From: a virus
IMG/VR virus record: IMGVR_UViG_3300003323_001383
Length of the DNA stretch: 29,344 nucleotides
Reading direction: 5' to 3' (one strand)
Shown here: piece by piece, positions 11,992 through 19,089 of the stretch
Position numbering within the stretch: the first letter of the stretch is position 1
How the letters are laid out: each line of letters opens with the position of its first letter
Position numbers and translations under genes: made by a program
Notes under the pieces: generated by a model
Told to the model about the DNA's origin: nothing
Database searches by the model: none
What the model saw: only the letters and a program-made list of their open reading frames with translations

Positions 11992-12119
11992 GCCCGAAGT
12001 CGGGGTCTGGGACCCCACCAGTTTTTGGAACTGACAAACCCAGCGTCGCGCATCGACCCCCGTGAGAGGGTCAGCAAAGCGGCTCTCACAAGCTTCCGGT
12101 TCGAATCCGGATTCGGGCG
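11992..12119 (+). ncRNA. 128-nt tRNA-shaped RNA with 60-nt insertion (copy 3, anticodon UUG)
   Basis: Acceptor GCCCGAA/TTCGGGC, D-arm GGGG-TCTGGGA-CCCC, anticodon arm CCAGT-TTTTGGA-ACTGA, T-arm TCCGG-TTCGAAT-CCGGA. Insertion ends in CGGCTCTCACAAGC, identical to copy 1. Confidence 0.6.
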
Positions 12120-12146
12120 CAAGGAAAGGCAGAGGTAACGTGAAGG

Positions 12147-12506
12147 ATGAACTCCTCCGTTGATCTGCCTCCGCAAGGCATCCTTCGGCTTCTCGAGGAC
12201 GCGAGGAAGGTGTCCGTGTGGCTCACCGACTGTCACTTCGAGCGAAGGCTCGGGGATCCCTCGGACGTCTCCTTGTTCGACCTCAGCTTCCTGAGAGGCG
12301 ACTTCGCCGAGAGGAACGGGGTCCGGGAGCTCCGCATCGAGGGAGTGACGGTGTGCCATCCGGTGACGAGGCAGGAGCTCGAGCCGTTCTTCGACGGCAG
12401 GGAGGTCGTGAACCTCGTCGGGTGCCGGCACTGCGGCCGTCCTTGCGACCCGGAGCACGGGATCTGCCCGGACTGGGCCGCCGCGGCGTGTGTTCTGTCC
12501 TCGTAG
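12147..12506 (+). CDS. hypothetical protein, 119 aa
   Basis: SD GAAGG before ATG; GC3-biased; last 3 codons and the TAG stop lie inside tRNA-Arg(CCU). Confidence 0.65.
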   Translation: MNSSVDLPPQGILRLLEDARKVSVWLTDCHFERRLGDPSDVSLFDLSFLRGDFAERNGVRELRIEGVTVCHPVTRQELEPFFDGREVVNLVGCRHCGRPCDPEHGICPDWAAAACVLSS

Positions 12507-12571
12507 CCTAAGGGATAGGCGGCGCTTTCCTAAAGCGTTATTATATGCAGGTTCGAGTCCTGCCGAGGACG
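12497..12571 (+). tRNA. tRNA-Arg(CCU)
   Basis: Acceptor GTCCTCG/CGAGGAC, D-arm GCCT-AAGGGAT-AGGC, anticodon stem GCGCT/AGCGT loop TTCCTAA, AT-rich 8-nt variable loop, T-arm GCAGG-TTCGAGT-CCTGC. Confidence 0.8.
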
Positions 12572-12575
12572 CGAT

Positions 12576-12648
12576 GGGGTCGTAGCTCAAATGGGAGAGC
12601 GTCTCGATGGCATCGAGAAGGTAGCCGGATCGTTACCGGTCGACTCCA
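12576..12648 (+). tRNA. tRNA-Ala(GGC)
   Basis: Acceptor GGGGTCG/CGACTCC with G3:U70, anticodon stem TCTCG/CGAGA loop ATGGCAT, T-arm GCCGG-ATCGTTA-CCGGT (A54/T58 instead of T54/A58). Confidence 0.75.
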
Positions 12649-12699
12649 CTGGTAGAAACGCGAGGAGTGCCTCGACACTCTCGATCGTAAGCTCTTGCC

Positions 12700-13089
12700 A
12701 TGCGAGGAGCGACCGTCGAGGACGACCGCGCCGAGTGCCGGCGCCGCTGGTGGTACAAGGGCAAGGACGGCAAGCCATGCCTCCCGACGGCGGATGGCGC
12801 CGAGGAGGACCTCGAGCGCCTCGCCTACTTCGAGTACCGGGGCGTCGACGAGCTGCACGGCGAGCTCGACCGCGTCGGTCCCTACTGCATGCTCACCCAC
12901 CTCGTCGTCACGGCCATGGGGTCGGAGAGGGCGGCGAAGGAAAAGCTCACGTTCGGCAAGGCGTTCGAGTACGCATGCCGCTTTCTCAAGCTCCCGGGCA
13001 GGCCGCCCGTCGACGTGGAGGAGGCCGTCCTCAAGGTCGCGTTCCAGGTAATAGCGACGGGCAGAATAGACGGCCTCCCGGACGCCTGA
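12700..13089 (+). CDS. hypothetical protein, 129 aa
   Basis: ATG-initiated GC3-biased ORF; no domain recognised. Confidence 0.65.
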   Translation: MRGATVEDDRAECRRRWWYKGKDGKPCLPTADGAEEDLERLAYFEYRGVDELHGELDRVGPYCMLTHLVVTAMGSERAAKEKLTFGKAFEYACRFLKLPGRPPVDVEEAVLKVAFQVIATGRIDGLPDA

Positions 13090-13090
13090 C

Positions 13091-13162
13091 GCCCATCAAG
13101 CATTGACGGCGATGCACCGGCTTTGTATACCGGGGAACCCGGTCCGACTCCGGGGATGGGCT
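13091..13162 (+). tRNA. tRNA-Thr(UGU)
   Basis: Acceptor GCCCATC/GATGGGC, D-arm GCAT-TGACGGCG-ATGC, anticodon stem CCGGC/ACCGG (C:A next to loop) loop TTTGTAT, T-arm CCCGG-TCCGACT-CCGGG (C at position 55). Confidence 0.7.
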
Positions 13163-13186
13163 CGGAAGAGCGTAAGGTCGTCCGGC

Positions 13187-13600
13187 ATGGCGGAAGTGAA
13201 CAGCATACCGTTCTCCCCGGACAGCTCCGGGAGGGTGGAGGAGTGCCACAGGCTGGACACGCCGAGTACGACGGGGATGGACCAGTTCCGGTGGACAATC
13301 CTCAAGCCCGGCCTCGTGACGATGGTCAGGATAGTGCCGGTCGCCCCCGGGACCATGAACGAGGAAGGGGTTGCCCCGTGGGACGAAGAGCTCGCCCTCA
13401 AGTGCGAGATAAAGGACATACTCGTAAGGGGGCACCGTCAGGACTGGGAGCTCAGGCACCCGTCCGGGAGGCCCCGCCTCAGCTTTGTGTGGAAGCCGGG
13501 CATGGCGGTGGCTCCGAAGGACACGCTGCAGATCAACATAGCCTCTCCTCCGGGCTCCTACCTGGTCGGGGAGCTCTACCTGACATGGTTGGCGGACTAA
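13187..13600 (+). CDS. hypothetical protein, 137 aa
   Basis: ORF 13103-13600 trimmed to ATG 13187 because the upstream part overlaps tRNA-Thr; TAA stop abuts the next tRNA. Confidence 0.6.
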   Translation: MAEVNSIPFSPDSSGRVEECHRLDTPSTTGMDQFRWTILKPGLVTMVRIVPVAPGTMNEEGVAPWDEELALKCEIKDILVRGHRQDWELRHPSGRPRLSFVWKPGMAVAPKDTLQINIASPPGSYLVGELYLTWLAD

Positions 13601-13671
13601 GCCCTCGTAGCTCAGTGGCAGAGCACGTCCTTGGTAAGGACAAGACACGGGTCCGATTCCCGTCGAGGGCT
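13601..13671 (+). tRNA. tRNA-Thr(GGU)
   Basis: Acceptor GCCCTCG/CGAGGGC, loop TTGGTAA, T-arm ACGGG-TCCGATT-CCCGT (C55), followed by T-CCA. Confidence 0.8.
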
Positions 13672-13677
13672 CCAGTC

Positions 13678-13748
13678 GCGGGACTGGTATAGAGGCTGTG
13701 CCTCGGCTTTCCAAGCCGAAGAGACCGGTTCGAGTCCGGTGTCCCGCT
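13678..13748 (+). tRNA. tRNA-Gly(UCC)
   Basis: Acceptor GCGGGAC/GTCCCGC, anticodon stem TCGGC/GCCGA loop TTTCCAA, T-arm ACCGG-TTCGAGT-CCGGT. Confidence 0.85.
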
Positions 13749-13749
13749 C

Positions 13750-14064
13750 CTAGAGGCCCGCGCGCCTCCGCATCCGGCCCTCCCACTCTCGGCCGAGGCG
13801 CTGCCCGCGCTCCGAGACGGCCTTCCTCTCCCTCGGGTCGGCCACGTCCTTGCTCTTGCCGCGGCTCGAGATGCGCTCCACGGCGGTTATCCGGCCGCAC
13901 GCGACGTGGACGTGGAAGACCTCCGCGTCCTTGTTGAAGCCGTGCTCGTCGAGCTTCCGCGTCGCCGCGGAGACGTCCTTCCTGCTCTGGAACAGGACGC
14001 TCCCGCTGAGGAGGGAGGTGGAGCAGACGACGCGCCATCGGCCGATGTTCATCGGGGTTGCCAT
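13750..14064 (-). CDS. hypothetical protein, 104 aa
   Basis: ATG-initiated ORF with clear GC3 bias on the minus strand; basic C-terminus; no domain recognised. Confidence 0.6.
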   Translation of the reverse strand: MATPMNIGRWRVVCSTSLLSGSVLFQSRKDVSAATRKLDEHGFNKDAEVFHVHVACGRITAVERISSRGKSKDVADPRERKAVSERGQRLGREWEGRMRRRAGL

Positions 14065-14131
14065 CCCGGGGCCTTACGCTCGGGGCCCGCGCACCTCCGT
14101 AGGTCCTTCCCGGACGGGCGTACGGTCCGGG

Positions 14132-14539
14132 ATGGCGAAGGTCCTGATAGTGGACGACTCCGCCCTGGTCCGGGTCCTGATGGCGGACTGGCTGCGGAGG
14201 GAGGGGCACGAGGCGGTCTCCATCGACTCGCCCGCGCTTCTGGGATCGACGATGATGAGGGAGCGCCCCGACATCGTCGTCATGGACGTCGACCTCGGAG
14301 GGGTCCGGGGAGACAGGATGACGGCCGTGGCCCGCGAGAGCGGGCTCATCGACTGTCCGGTGGTCCTCGCCTCGGCGAGGCGCGACTCGGACCTCGCGAT
14401 GCTCTGCGTCGAGTGCGGGGCCATCGGGTACGTGCAGAAGGGCGAGGACGGTCCCGCCTTCGTGCGCGCTCTCGAGTCGTACATGACGCGCCGTTCGCTC
14501 CTCCCGGCGTCGAGGAGGAGAGTGTCTTCGCGGGCGTAG
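14132..14539 (+). CDS. stand-alone response-regulator receiver (CheY-like REC) protein, 135 aa
   Basis: KVLIVDDSALVR...DIVVMDVDLGGVRG...VVLASA... fits the REC fold acidic pocket and phospho-acceptor Asp; TAG stop lies inside tRNA-Gly(GCC). Confidence 0.8.
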   Translation: MAKVLIVDDSALVRVLMADWLRREGHEAVSIDSPALLGSTMMRERPDIVVMDVDLGGVRGDRMTAVARESGLIDCPVVLASARRDSDLAMLCVECGAIGYVQKGEDGPAFVRALESYMTRRSLLPASRRRVSSRA

Positions 14540-14601
14540 CCTAGTGGCTCAGGTGCTGCGTTGCCAACGCAGATACGCGGGTTCGATTCCCGCCGCCCGC
14601 A
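14530..14601 (+). tRNA. tRNA-Gly(GCC)
   Basis: Acceptor GCGGGCG/CGCCCGC, anticodon stem CTGCG/CGCAG loop TTGCCAA, T-arm GCGGG-TTCGATT-CCCGC. Confidence 0.85.
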
Positions 14602-14617
14602 CCGGTAGCGTGCAGTC

Positions 14618-14953
14618 ATGGGAGCAGGATTCTCGGAGCGAGACCTTGGCCGGGTCCCGGGCCTTCCGGAGGTCCGCCTCCTCCTCGTGGGCCGCCCGCT
14701 GAAGGACGGGACCCGAGAGATGACGCTGACCATGAGGAACGTCCAGTCCAGGGACGTGTGCAAGGCCGTGGAAGGGAGGATAGTCATGGACCCCATTCCG
14801 GGGACGGACGGCCTGAGCGACGCCGAGAGGCTGGCGCTCTCCGTCCTCCCGCACTCGGCCGCCCTGAGGAGCGACTTCCCGTCCCTCCTCCGCGACCCGT
14901 TCTGGCAGGCCGCCATCGACGTCCTGCTCGTCGAGCACGTCATGGAGTCGTAG
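14618..14953 (+). CDS. hypothetical protein, 111 aa, C-terminus VEHVMES
   Basis: ATG-initiated GC3-biased ORF; no domain recognised. Confidence 0.65.
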   Translation: MGAGFSERDLGRVPGLPEVRLLLVGRPLKDGTREMTLTMRNVQSRDVCKAVEGRIVMDPIPGTDGLSDAERLALSVLPHSAALRSDFPSLLRDPFWQAAIDVLLVEHVMES

Positions 14954-15055
14954 ATCCCGGCCGGCCCGGCGTAGGCTGGGGGATGACAAGAGGATCCTTC
15001 CACGAGAAGGGCCGGAACCCGTTCCGGTGAGCCCCTGATGCGCGAGGAACCCTGC

Positions 15056-15694
15056 ATGAAACGACTGATCCTAGCCGCTATCCTTTTCCTCCTCCCCGTT
15101 CCGGCCCTGGCCCAGGTCCCCGCCGGGACCTGCTCCTCCTACAGCCTGACCGACAGCTTCGAGGGCTCGTCCGCCAGCCTGTGGTCGCCCTGGAACTCCT
15201 CCTCGACCGGCAGCATCCGCCTGGGAACGACCTCGTCGGCACGGACGGGCTCGTCCGCCGCCCTGATGAGCTTCAACAGCCGGGAGCCGCTGGGAGGGTT
15301 CCTGGTCATCGACAAGCTCTTCAACGTCGGGTCCACGACCACCAAGGCGCGGATGCCCCGCCATGGTTGCCTGGAGCCGACCTTCCCTCCGCCCTCGGGG
15401 CCGCCGAAGTTCTGCATGGCGAGCGCCTGGATCCGGTCCGCCGGGGCCGGCGCTGCCGGGGCGGTCCAGATCATCGACCCGGACACGTGGACCTACCGGG
15501 CCAGTCAGTCCTTCAACATCGTCGGCAGGCCCGGGTGGACCCAGGTCGTGACCCCGGTGTCCACCCAGTTCTGCGACCGTGACGTGGTAGCCCGGGTCGT
15601 GCTGTCCCGGGACTCGACGACCTCCGAGGCGATGGTCGTGGACGACGTCCAGATAACCTGGTTCTTCGGCCCGTCGGGCACGCTTCCCCCATGA
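15056..15694 (+). CDS. secreted protein with jelly-roll/carbohydrate-binding-module-like features, about 212 aa
   Basis: Signal peptide MKRLILAAILFLLPVPALAQ; FEGS..W...ARTGSSAL and C-terminal VVDDVQITW recall CBM/galactose-binding-like folds; alternative ATG at 15038. Confidence 0.6.
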   Translation: MKRLILAAILFLLPVPALAQVPAGTCSSYSLTDSFEGSSASLWSPWNSSSTGSIRLGTTSSARTGSSAALMSFNSREPLGGFLVIDKLFNVGSTTTKARMPRHGCLEPTFPPPSGPPKFCMASAWIRSAGAGAAGAVQIIDPDTWTYRASQSFNIVGRPGWTQVVTPVSTQFCDRDVVARVVLSRDSTTSEAMVVDDVQITWFFGPSGTLPP

Positions 15695-15701
15695 GACAGA
15701 C

Positions 15702-15723
15702 CAGGGAGGTACGGTCCTCCCTG
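15702..15723 (+). terminator. 8-bp stem-loop after the secreted-protein gene
   Basis: CAGGGAGG-tacggt-CCTCCCTG, 8 nt past the stop; no U-tract; tRNA-Gly(CCC) starts 3 nt later. Confidence 0.35.
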
Positions 15724-15725
15724 AT

Positions 15726-15797
<72 letters not shown>

Positions 15798-15804
15798 CCG
15801 TAAC

Positions 15805-15876
15805 GGCGACGTGGTCGAATGGCTCAGGCTCCGGACTGCAAATCCGGCCACGCGGGTTCGATTCCCGCCGTCGCCT
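15805..15876 (+). tRNA. tRNA-Cys(GCA)
   Basis: Acceptor GGCGACG/CGTCGCC, anticodon stem CCGGA/TCCGG loop CTGCAAA, T-arm GCGGG-TTCGATT-CCCGC, T73. Confidence 0.85.
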
Positions 15877-15878
15877 CG

Positions 15879-16277
15879 ATGGACGCAGACTCCGAGCTCC
15901 AGAGGCACCACAAGGCATCGAGGGACGCCCTCGCGGTCGTCCGGGCCGTCCACGCGGCCCTCGACCGCCCGCTGTCCGGCGGGCCGTCGCGGGAGTCCAC
16001 GCAGGCCATCCTGGACGCCGCGCGGAGGGCCGTCCCGCGCCAGGCGGTCCCGCACCCGTGCACGGTCCGGTGCTGGCGCGTCGGCGCCCCGTCGGGCCTC
16101 GACGAGCGAGGGAGGTGCCTGGAGTGCGGGTCCCCCGGCGTCAGGAGCGACAAGGAGGAGTACGAGAGCCTCGTCTCCCCGGAGGTCGTGGCGAGGCTCT
16201 GCGAGCAGCTCATGCTCTTTCGGGACGCCGTGGAGCACCCGGCCGTCCTCGCCGCGGCGGCGGTCGGCGCCCTCTAG
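15879..16277 (+). CDS. hypothetical protein, 132 aa
   Basis: ORF 15819-16277 trimmed to ATG 15879, 3 nt after tRNA-Cys; CxxC (CLEC); stop overlaps the stop of the convergent gene (CTAG). Confidence 0.6.
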   Translation: MDADSELQRHHKASRDALAVVRAVHAALDRPLSGGPSRESTQAILDAARRAVPRQAVPHPCTVRCWRVGAPSGLDERGRCLECGSPGVRSDKEEYESLVSPEVVARLCEQLMLFRDAVEHPAVLAAAAVGAL

Positions 16278-16930
16278 CGGGAGACGGCGTACGCGGCCCG
16301 GAGGCGCTTGTAGTCGTCGTTTGGCGCGCCGGCGGAGGTCGAGGAGTCGGCGACGGAGCAGGCCTCCGGGAACGGGACGCCCTTGTTCACGAGATAGCTC
16401 GTGTGAACGGCCCCGGTCCGGTCGGCCCCGAGGGTGCAGTGGACGAACACGGCCTTAGGGAGGCCGGACTGGTCCGCCATCACGGACGCCACCGTCTCGA
16501 CGAGGCCGGAGAGGTCCCAGCCCGGGGACGTCAGGTAGACCTTCGGGTCCTCGCCCTCGGCGAACCCCTCGATCGGCCACCAGTAGAACGTGGCGGGGAC
16601 GGACTTCCCCTCCGTCCTGAGGATGCACTGCTCCCCGTTCCTCGGGTCCCATCCGGGCTGGAGGTAGGGCGGCCAGTAGGAGGGAGAGGGGGCGCCGATG
16701 CCGAAGGCCGACATCTCCGGCCCGAGCATGTAGGCCTCCCCGACGCAGTCGATGAGGCTGAAGACGACCACCTCCCGCCCGGCGAGAGGGACGCCCGAGG
16801 CCGACTCGAGCTCGTCGAGGGCGAAGGAGTAAGGGTCCCCGACGAGAGGCATGCAGCTCCGGACCAGGGCGTTCCCGCCGACCGTGTCCACGTGCTTCAC
16901 GCGGTCGGGAAAGAAGACTTGTCTCGTCAT
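16274..16930 (-). CDS. Cys-based (dual-specificity/tyrosine) protein phosphatase family protein, about 218 aa
   Basis: Signature VHCTLGADRTG = HCx5R(T/S) P-loop; ATG 16930 preferred over the TTG at 16945 given by the ORF track. Confidence 0.75.
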   Translation of the reverse strand: MTRQVFFPDRVKHVDTVGGNALVRSCMPLVGDPYSFALDELESASGVPLAGREVVVFSLIDCVGEAYMLGPEMSAFGIGAPSPSYWPPYLQPGWDPRNGEQCILRTEGKSVPATFYWWPIEGFAEGEDPKVYLTSPGWDLSGLVETVASVMADQSGLPKAVFVHCTLGADRTGAVHTSYLVNKGVPFPEACSVADSSTSAGAPNDDYKRLRAAYAVSR

Positions 16931-16949
16931 GACGCCATCAGACAATAAA

Positions 16950-17025
16950 GCCCCCGTAGCCTAGCGGATCCAGGCGCTCGTTTTCTAAACGAGGTCACAC
17001 GCTGGTTCGAGTCCAGCCGGGGGCA
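16950..17025 (+). tRNA. tRNA-Arg(UCU)
   Basis: Acceptor GCCCCCG/CGGGGGC, anticodon stem CTCGT/ACGAG loop TTTCTAA, T-arm GCTGG-TTCGAGT-CCAGC, A73 followed by CCA. Confidence 0.85.
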
Positions 17026-17029
17026 CCAC

Positions 17030-17102
17030 GTCCCGTTCTTCTAGAGGCCCAGGAATCTGCCCTCTCAAGGCGGCAACGCGGGTTCGAATCCCGCACGGGA
17101 CG
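17030..17102 (+). tRNA. tRNA-Glu(CUC)
   Basis: Acceptor GTCCCGT/ACGGGAC, anticodon stem CTGCC/GGCGG loop CTCTCAA, T-arm GCGGG-TTCGAAT-CCCGC. Confidence 0.85.
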
Positions 17103-17108
17103 CCCCTT

Positions 17109-17182
17109 ACCGGGGGAGCCAGCTAGGCGACGGCGCCTCTCTTACAAGGAGGAGATGGCGGGTTCGAACCCCGCACCCGGTA
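17109..17182 (+). tRNA. tRNA-Val(UAC)
   Basis: Anticodon stem CCTCT/GGAGG loop CTTACAA, T-arm GCGGG-TTCGAAC-CCCGC, acceptor ACCGGGG/ACCCGGT (G:A at 7:66); 5' end could be 1 nt upstream. Confidence 0.7.
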
Positions 17183-17187
17183 CTCAC

Positions 17188-17259
17188 GTCCCCGTAGTCT
17201 AATGGACAGGCACATCGCTACGAACGATGTATATGCAGGTTCGAGTCCTGCCGGGGACG
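17188..17259 (+). tRNA. tRNA-Arg(ACG)
   Basis: Acceptor GTCCCCG/CGGGGAC, anticodon stem CATCG/CGATG loop CTACGAA, variable TATAT, T-arm GCAGG-TTCGAGT-CCTGC. Confidence 0.85.
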
Positions 17260-17275
17260 CTGTAACGTCAGACGG

Positions 17276-17512
17276 ATGACGAGAGAGGAAAGGGTCCGCG
17301 TCCTGCTCGGGGACGGCGGCTCCCGCTGCAACAAGATGCACCTGGCGGCCGGCTGGGGCTTCGAATGGAGATGGGAGGGAGAAGGGCCGGAGAAGAACGG
17401 GACGATGCGAAGCCGCATGCTGTTCCTCATCGACGGGGAGTGGAGGAGGGCCAAGAGCTGGGACGAGGACGTCCGGCCGCTCCTCAAGGACTTCAAGGCT
17501 CCCGTAGCCTAG
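17276..17512 (+). CDS. hypothetical protein, 78 aa
   Basis: ATG-initiated, Trp/Glu/Arg-rich; last 4 codons and the TAG stop lie within tRNA-Arg(CCG). Confidence 0.5.
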   Translation: MTREERVRVLLGDGGSRCNKMHLAAGWGFEWRWEGEGPEKNGTMRSRMLFLIDGEWRRAKSWDEDVRPLLKDFKAPVA

Positions 17513-17569
17513 AGGATCAGGCACCGCCCTCCGAAGGCGGCTAGGCAGGTTCGAGTCCTGCCGGGAGCG
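17498..17569 (+). tRNA. tRNA-Arg(CCG)
   Basis: Acceptor GCTCCCG/CGGGAGC, D-arm GCCT-AGAGGATC-AGGC, anticodon stem CCGCC/GGCGG loop CTCCGAA, T-arm GCAGG-TTCGAGT-CCTGC. Confidence 0.85.
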
Positions 17570-17583
17570 CGTAGGATCGCAGG

Positions 17584-17847
17584 GTGCGGTGCCTCATCGG
17601 ACGATGCCGGAGGAAGGTGTCCCGTTGGTGGAGGATCGACTCCGCCGACGGGACCTTTCTCACCGCGTCCTGCGGCGTCTGCGGCCCCATCGTCAGCACG
17701 AGCGTCCTCGACAGCTCGGGGGTGACGGCGGTGAGGGAGATAGAGTACGGGGACTTCCTGGCCGCCGAGGTCATGGAGGCGGAGCCCGTCCTCGTGGGGA
17801 GCATCCTGGTCGGGAACGGCCGGATCATGTACGGGCCCCAGCCGTAG
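17584..17847 (+). CDS. hypothetical Cys-containing protein, 87 aa
   Basis: GTG start, GC3-biased; CxxC-like pairs (CLIGRC, CGVC); internal AAEVME 24 residues from the end. Confidence 0.55.
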   Translation: MRCLIGRCRRKVSRWWRIDSADGTFLTASCGVCGPIVSTSVLDSSGVTAVREIEYGDFLAAEVMEAEPVLVGSILVGNGRIMYGPQP

Positions 17848-17876
17848 GTGCCTTTCCTCCCGGCGTACGGTTGGGT

Positions 17877-18053
17877 ATGGACAAGGTCATCGGCGAGTGC
17901 TCCCAGTGCGGTGGCAGGGTCATGTCGAACGGCGTGTGCTCCAACTGTAAGGCGACCGTCAAGCGCCAGCTCCCCGTCATCGAGACGGAGGGAGGCGACG
18001 ACCCGTCGGCGCAGCCCGGGGGCGGCCGCGTCCAGCAACAGTGGGAGCGCTGA
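17877..18053 (+). CDS. small zinc-ribbon protein, 58 aa
   Basis: CSQCGGRVMSNGVCSNC (CxxC-x10-CxxC) right after ATG 17877. Confidence 0.5.
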   Translation: MDKVIGECSQCGGRVMSNGVCSNCKATVKRQLPVIETEGGDDPSAQPGGGRVQQQWER

Positions 18054-18080
18054 CTCGGGCTCTCATCGAAAGGGCGGGAC

Positions 18081-18287
18081 ATGCAGGAAAGAGGGCGGAC
18101 AGGATGCGGATGCATCCCGGGCGAGGTGTGCTGCGACGCGGCCACCGAAGCGTCGAGAAGGCTGAGGGACCTCCTCCCAGAGGCCCTGAAGAATGGGGAC
18201 TGGCGAGAGTTCGACCGGGTCCGTTCATGGCTCACTCAGCACCATTTCGGGTTCGTCAGGCTCACCGGGACCCACGGCCCCGGGTGA
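18081..18287 (+). CDS. hypothetical protein, 68 aa
   Basis: ATG-initiated ORF, moderate GC3 bias, Cys cluster GCGCIPGEVCC. Confidence 0.45.
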   Translation: MQERGRTGCGCIPGEVCCDAATEASRRLRDLLPEALKNGDWREFDRVRSWLTQHHFGFVRLTGTHGPG

Positions 18288-18328
18288 GGAGGCGAGGCCG
18301 ATAGACCCCATGTAAGGTCTCCGAGGAT

Positions 18329-18784
18329 ATGGCGGAGATCCGGAAAGCGTTGACGAAGAGGTACGTCGTGGATCCGAAGCTCCTCCCGGAGCTCGGGCCC
18401 GGCAGGACCGTGGTGACCGGCTACATGTCGGACGACCCGTCGGTCAGGCTCCGGGCGACCGACACAGGCGCCTGGATCCAGATATGGAGGCCGTCGGACG
18501 CCTCCCGATACTTCGAGTATCAGATACCCCTGGAGGAGGCCGAGTCCATGATGGAGCTCTGCTTCCGGCGCACCGCCAGGACGACCTGGGAGGTCAGGCA
18601 CGGCGGAATGACGTGGAGGGTGTGCGAGTACTCGGGGAGGCACGCCGGACTCTGGACCGCGTTCCTCGAGCTCGACACGAGGAGCACGGGCTACGAGGAG
18701 CCGCCGTGGGCCGTCAAGAACGTGAGCGGGGACCGTCGCTTCACGGACGAGGGGCTCTCGCGCCTGCAGAGGACGCCCTCCTGA
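18329..18784 (+). CDS. CYTH-like (triphosphate tunnel metalloenzyme family) protein, divergent, 151 aa
   Basis: Overall pattern EIRK..., GYM...VRLR, RYFEYQIPLEEAE, TWEVRHGG..W.V.EY.G...GL..AFLEL, PPWAVKNVSGDRRFTDEGL parallels CYTH strands; the N-terminal ExExK motif is degenerate (EIRK). Confidence 0.45.
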   Translation: MAEIRKALTKRYVVDPKLLPELGPGRTVVTGYMSDDPSVRLRATDTGAWIQIWRPSDASRYFEYQIPLEEAESMMELCFRRTARTTWEVRHGGMTWRVCEYSGRHAGLWTAFLELDTRSTGYEEPPWAVKNVSGDRRFTDEGLSRLQRTPS

Positions 18785-18834
18785 GGCTCTGCGGGACCAA
18801 GGGCTGCGGCGCCGAGGCCGTGCGCTTCTTCCTC

Positions 18835-19020
18835 ATGACGGGGGCGATCAAGGTCCTCGCGATGACGTGCGAGGACTGCGCCCGGTTCACGGGGCCCGAG
18901 TACACGCCGGTCACGGTCCTCGTGGAGGAGATCGGGGAGGGCGAGCTCGCCGTGCTCGAGGTCATGGAGATTGAGACGGTGCGAGGCTGGACGCCGGGGG
19001 CGCAGCCTCGCACCCGATAG
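18835..19020 (+). CDS. hypothetical small protein, at least 61 aa
   Basis: Frame open upstream to 18484 and includes a CxxxxC pair (LCGTKGC) before the first ATG, so a non-ATG start (GTG 18820 or CTG 18781 overlapping the upstream stop) is possible. The TAG stop is the first 3 nt of tRNA-Gln. Confidence 0.35.
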   Translation: MTGAIKVLAMTCEDCARFTGPEYTPVTVLVEEIGEGELAVLEVMEIETVRGWTPGAQPRTR

Positions 19021-19088
19021 GGAGTCGTCTAAAGGCAGGACATCGAGCTTTGGACTCGCGAATGGGGGTTCGAGTCCCTCCTCCCTAA
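19018..19088 (+). tRNA. tRNA-Gln(UUG)
   Basis: U1:A72 acceptor TAGGGAG/CTCCCTA, loop CTTTGGA, T-arm GGGGG-TTCGAGT-CCCTC. Confidence 0.8.
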
Positions 19089-19089
19089 C

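Noticed and set aside
13103-13137. TTGACG-N17-TATACC promoter-like hexamers upstream of CDS 13187
   Set aside because: They lie entirely inside a well-folding tRNA-Thr(UGU): TTGACG is its D-loop and TATACC its anticodon arm. The match is most likely coincidental.
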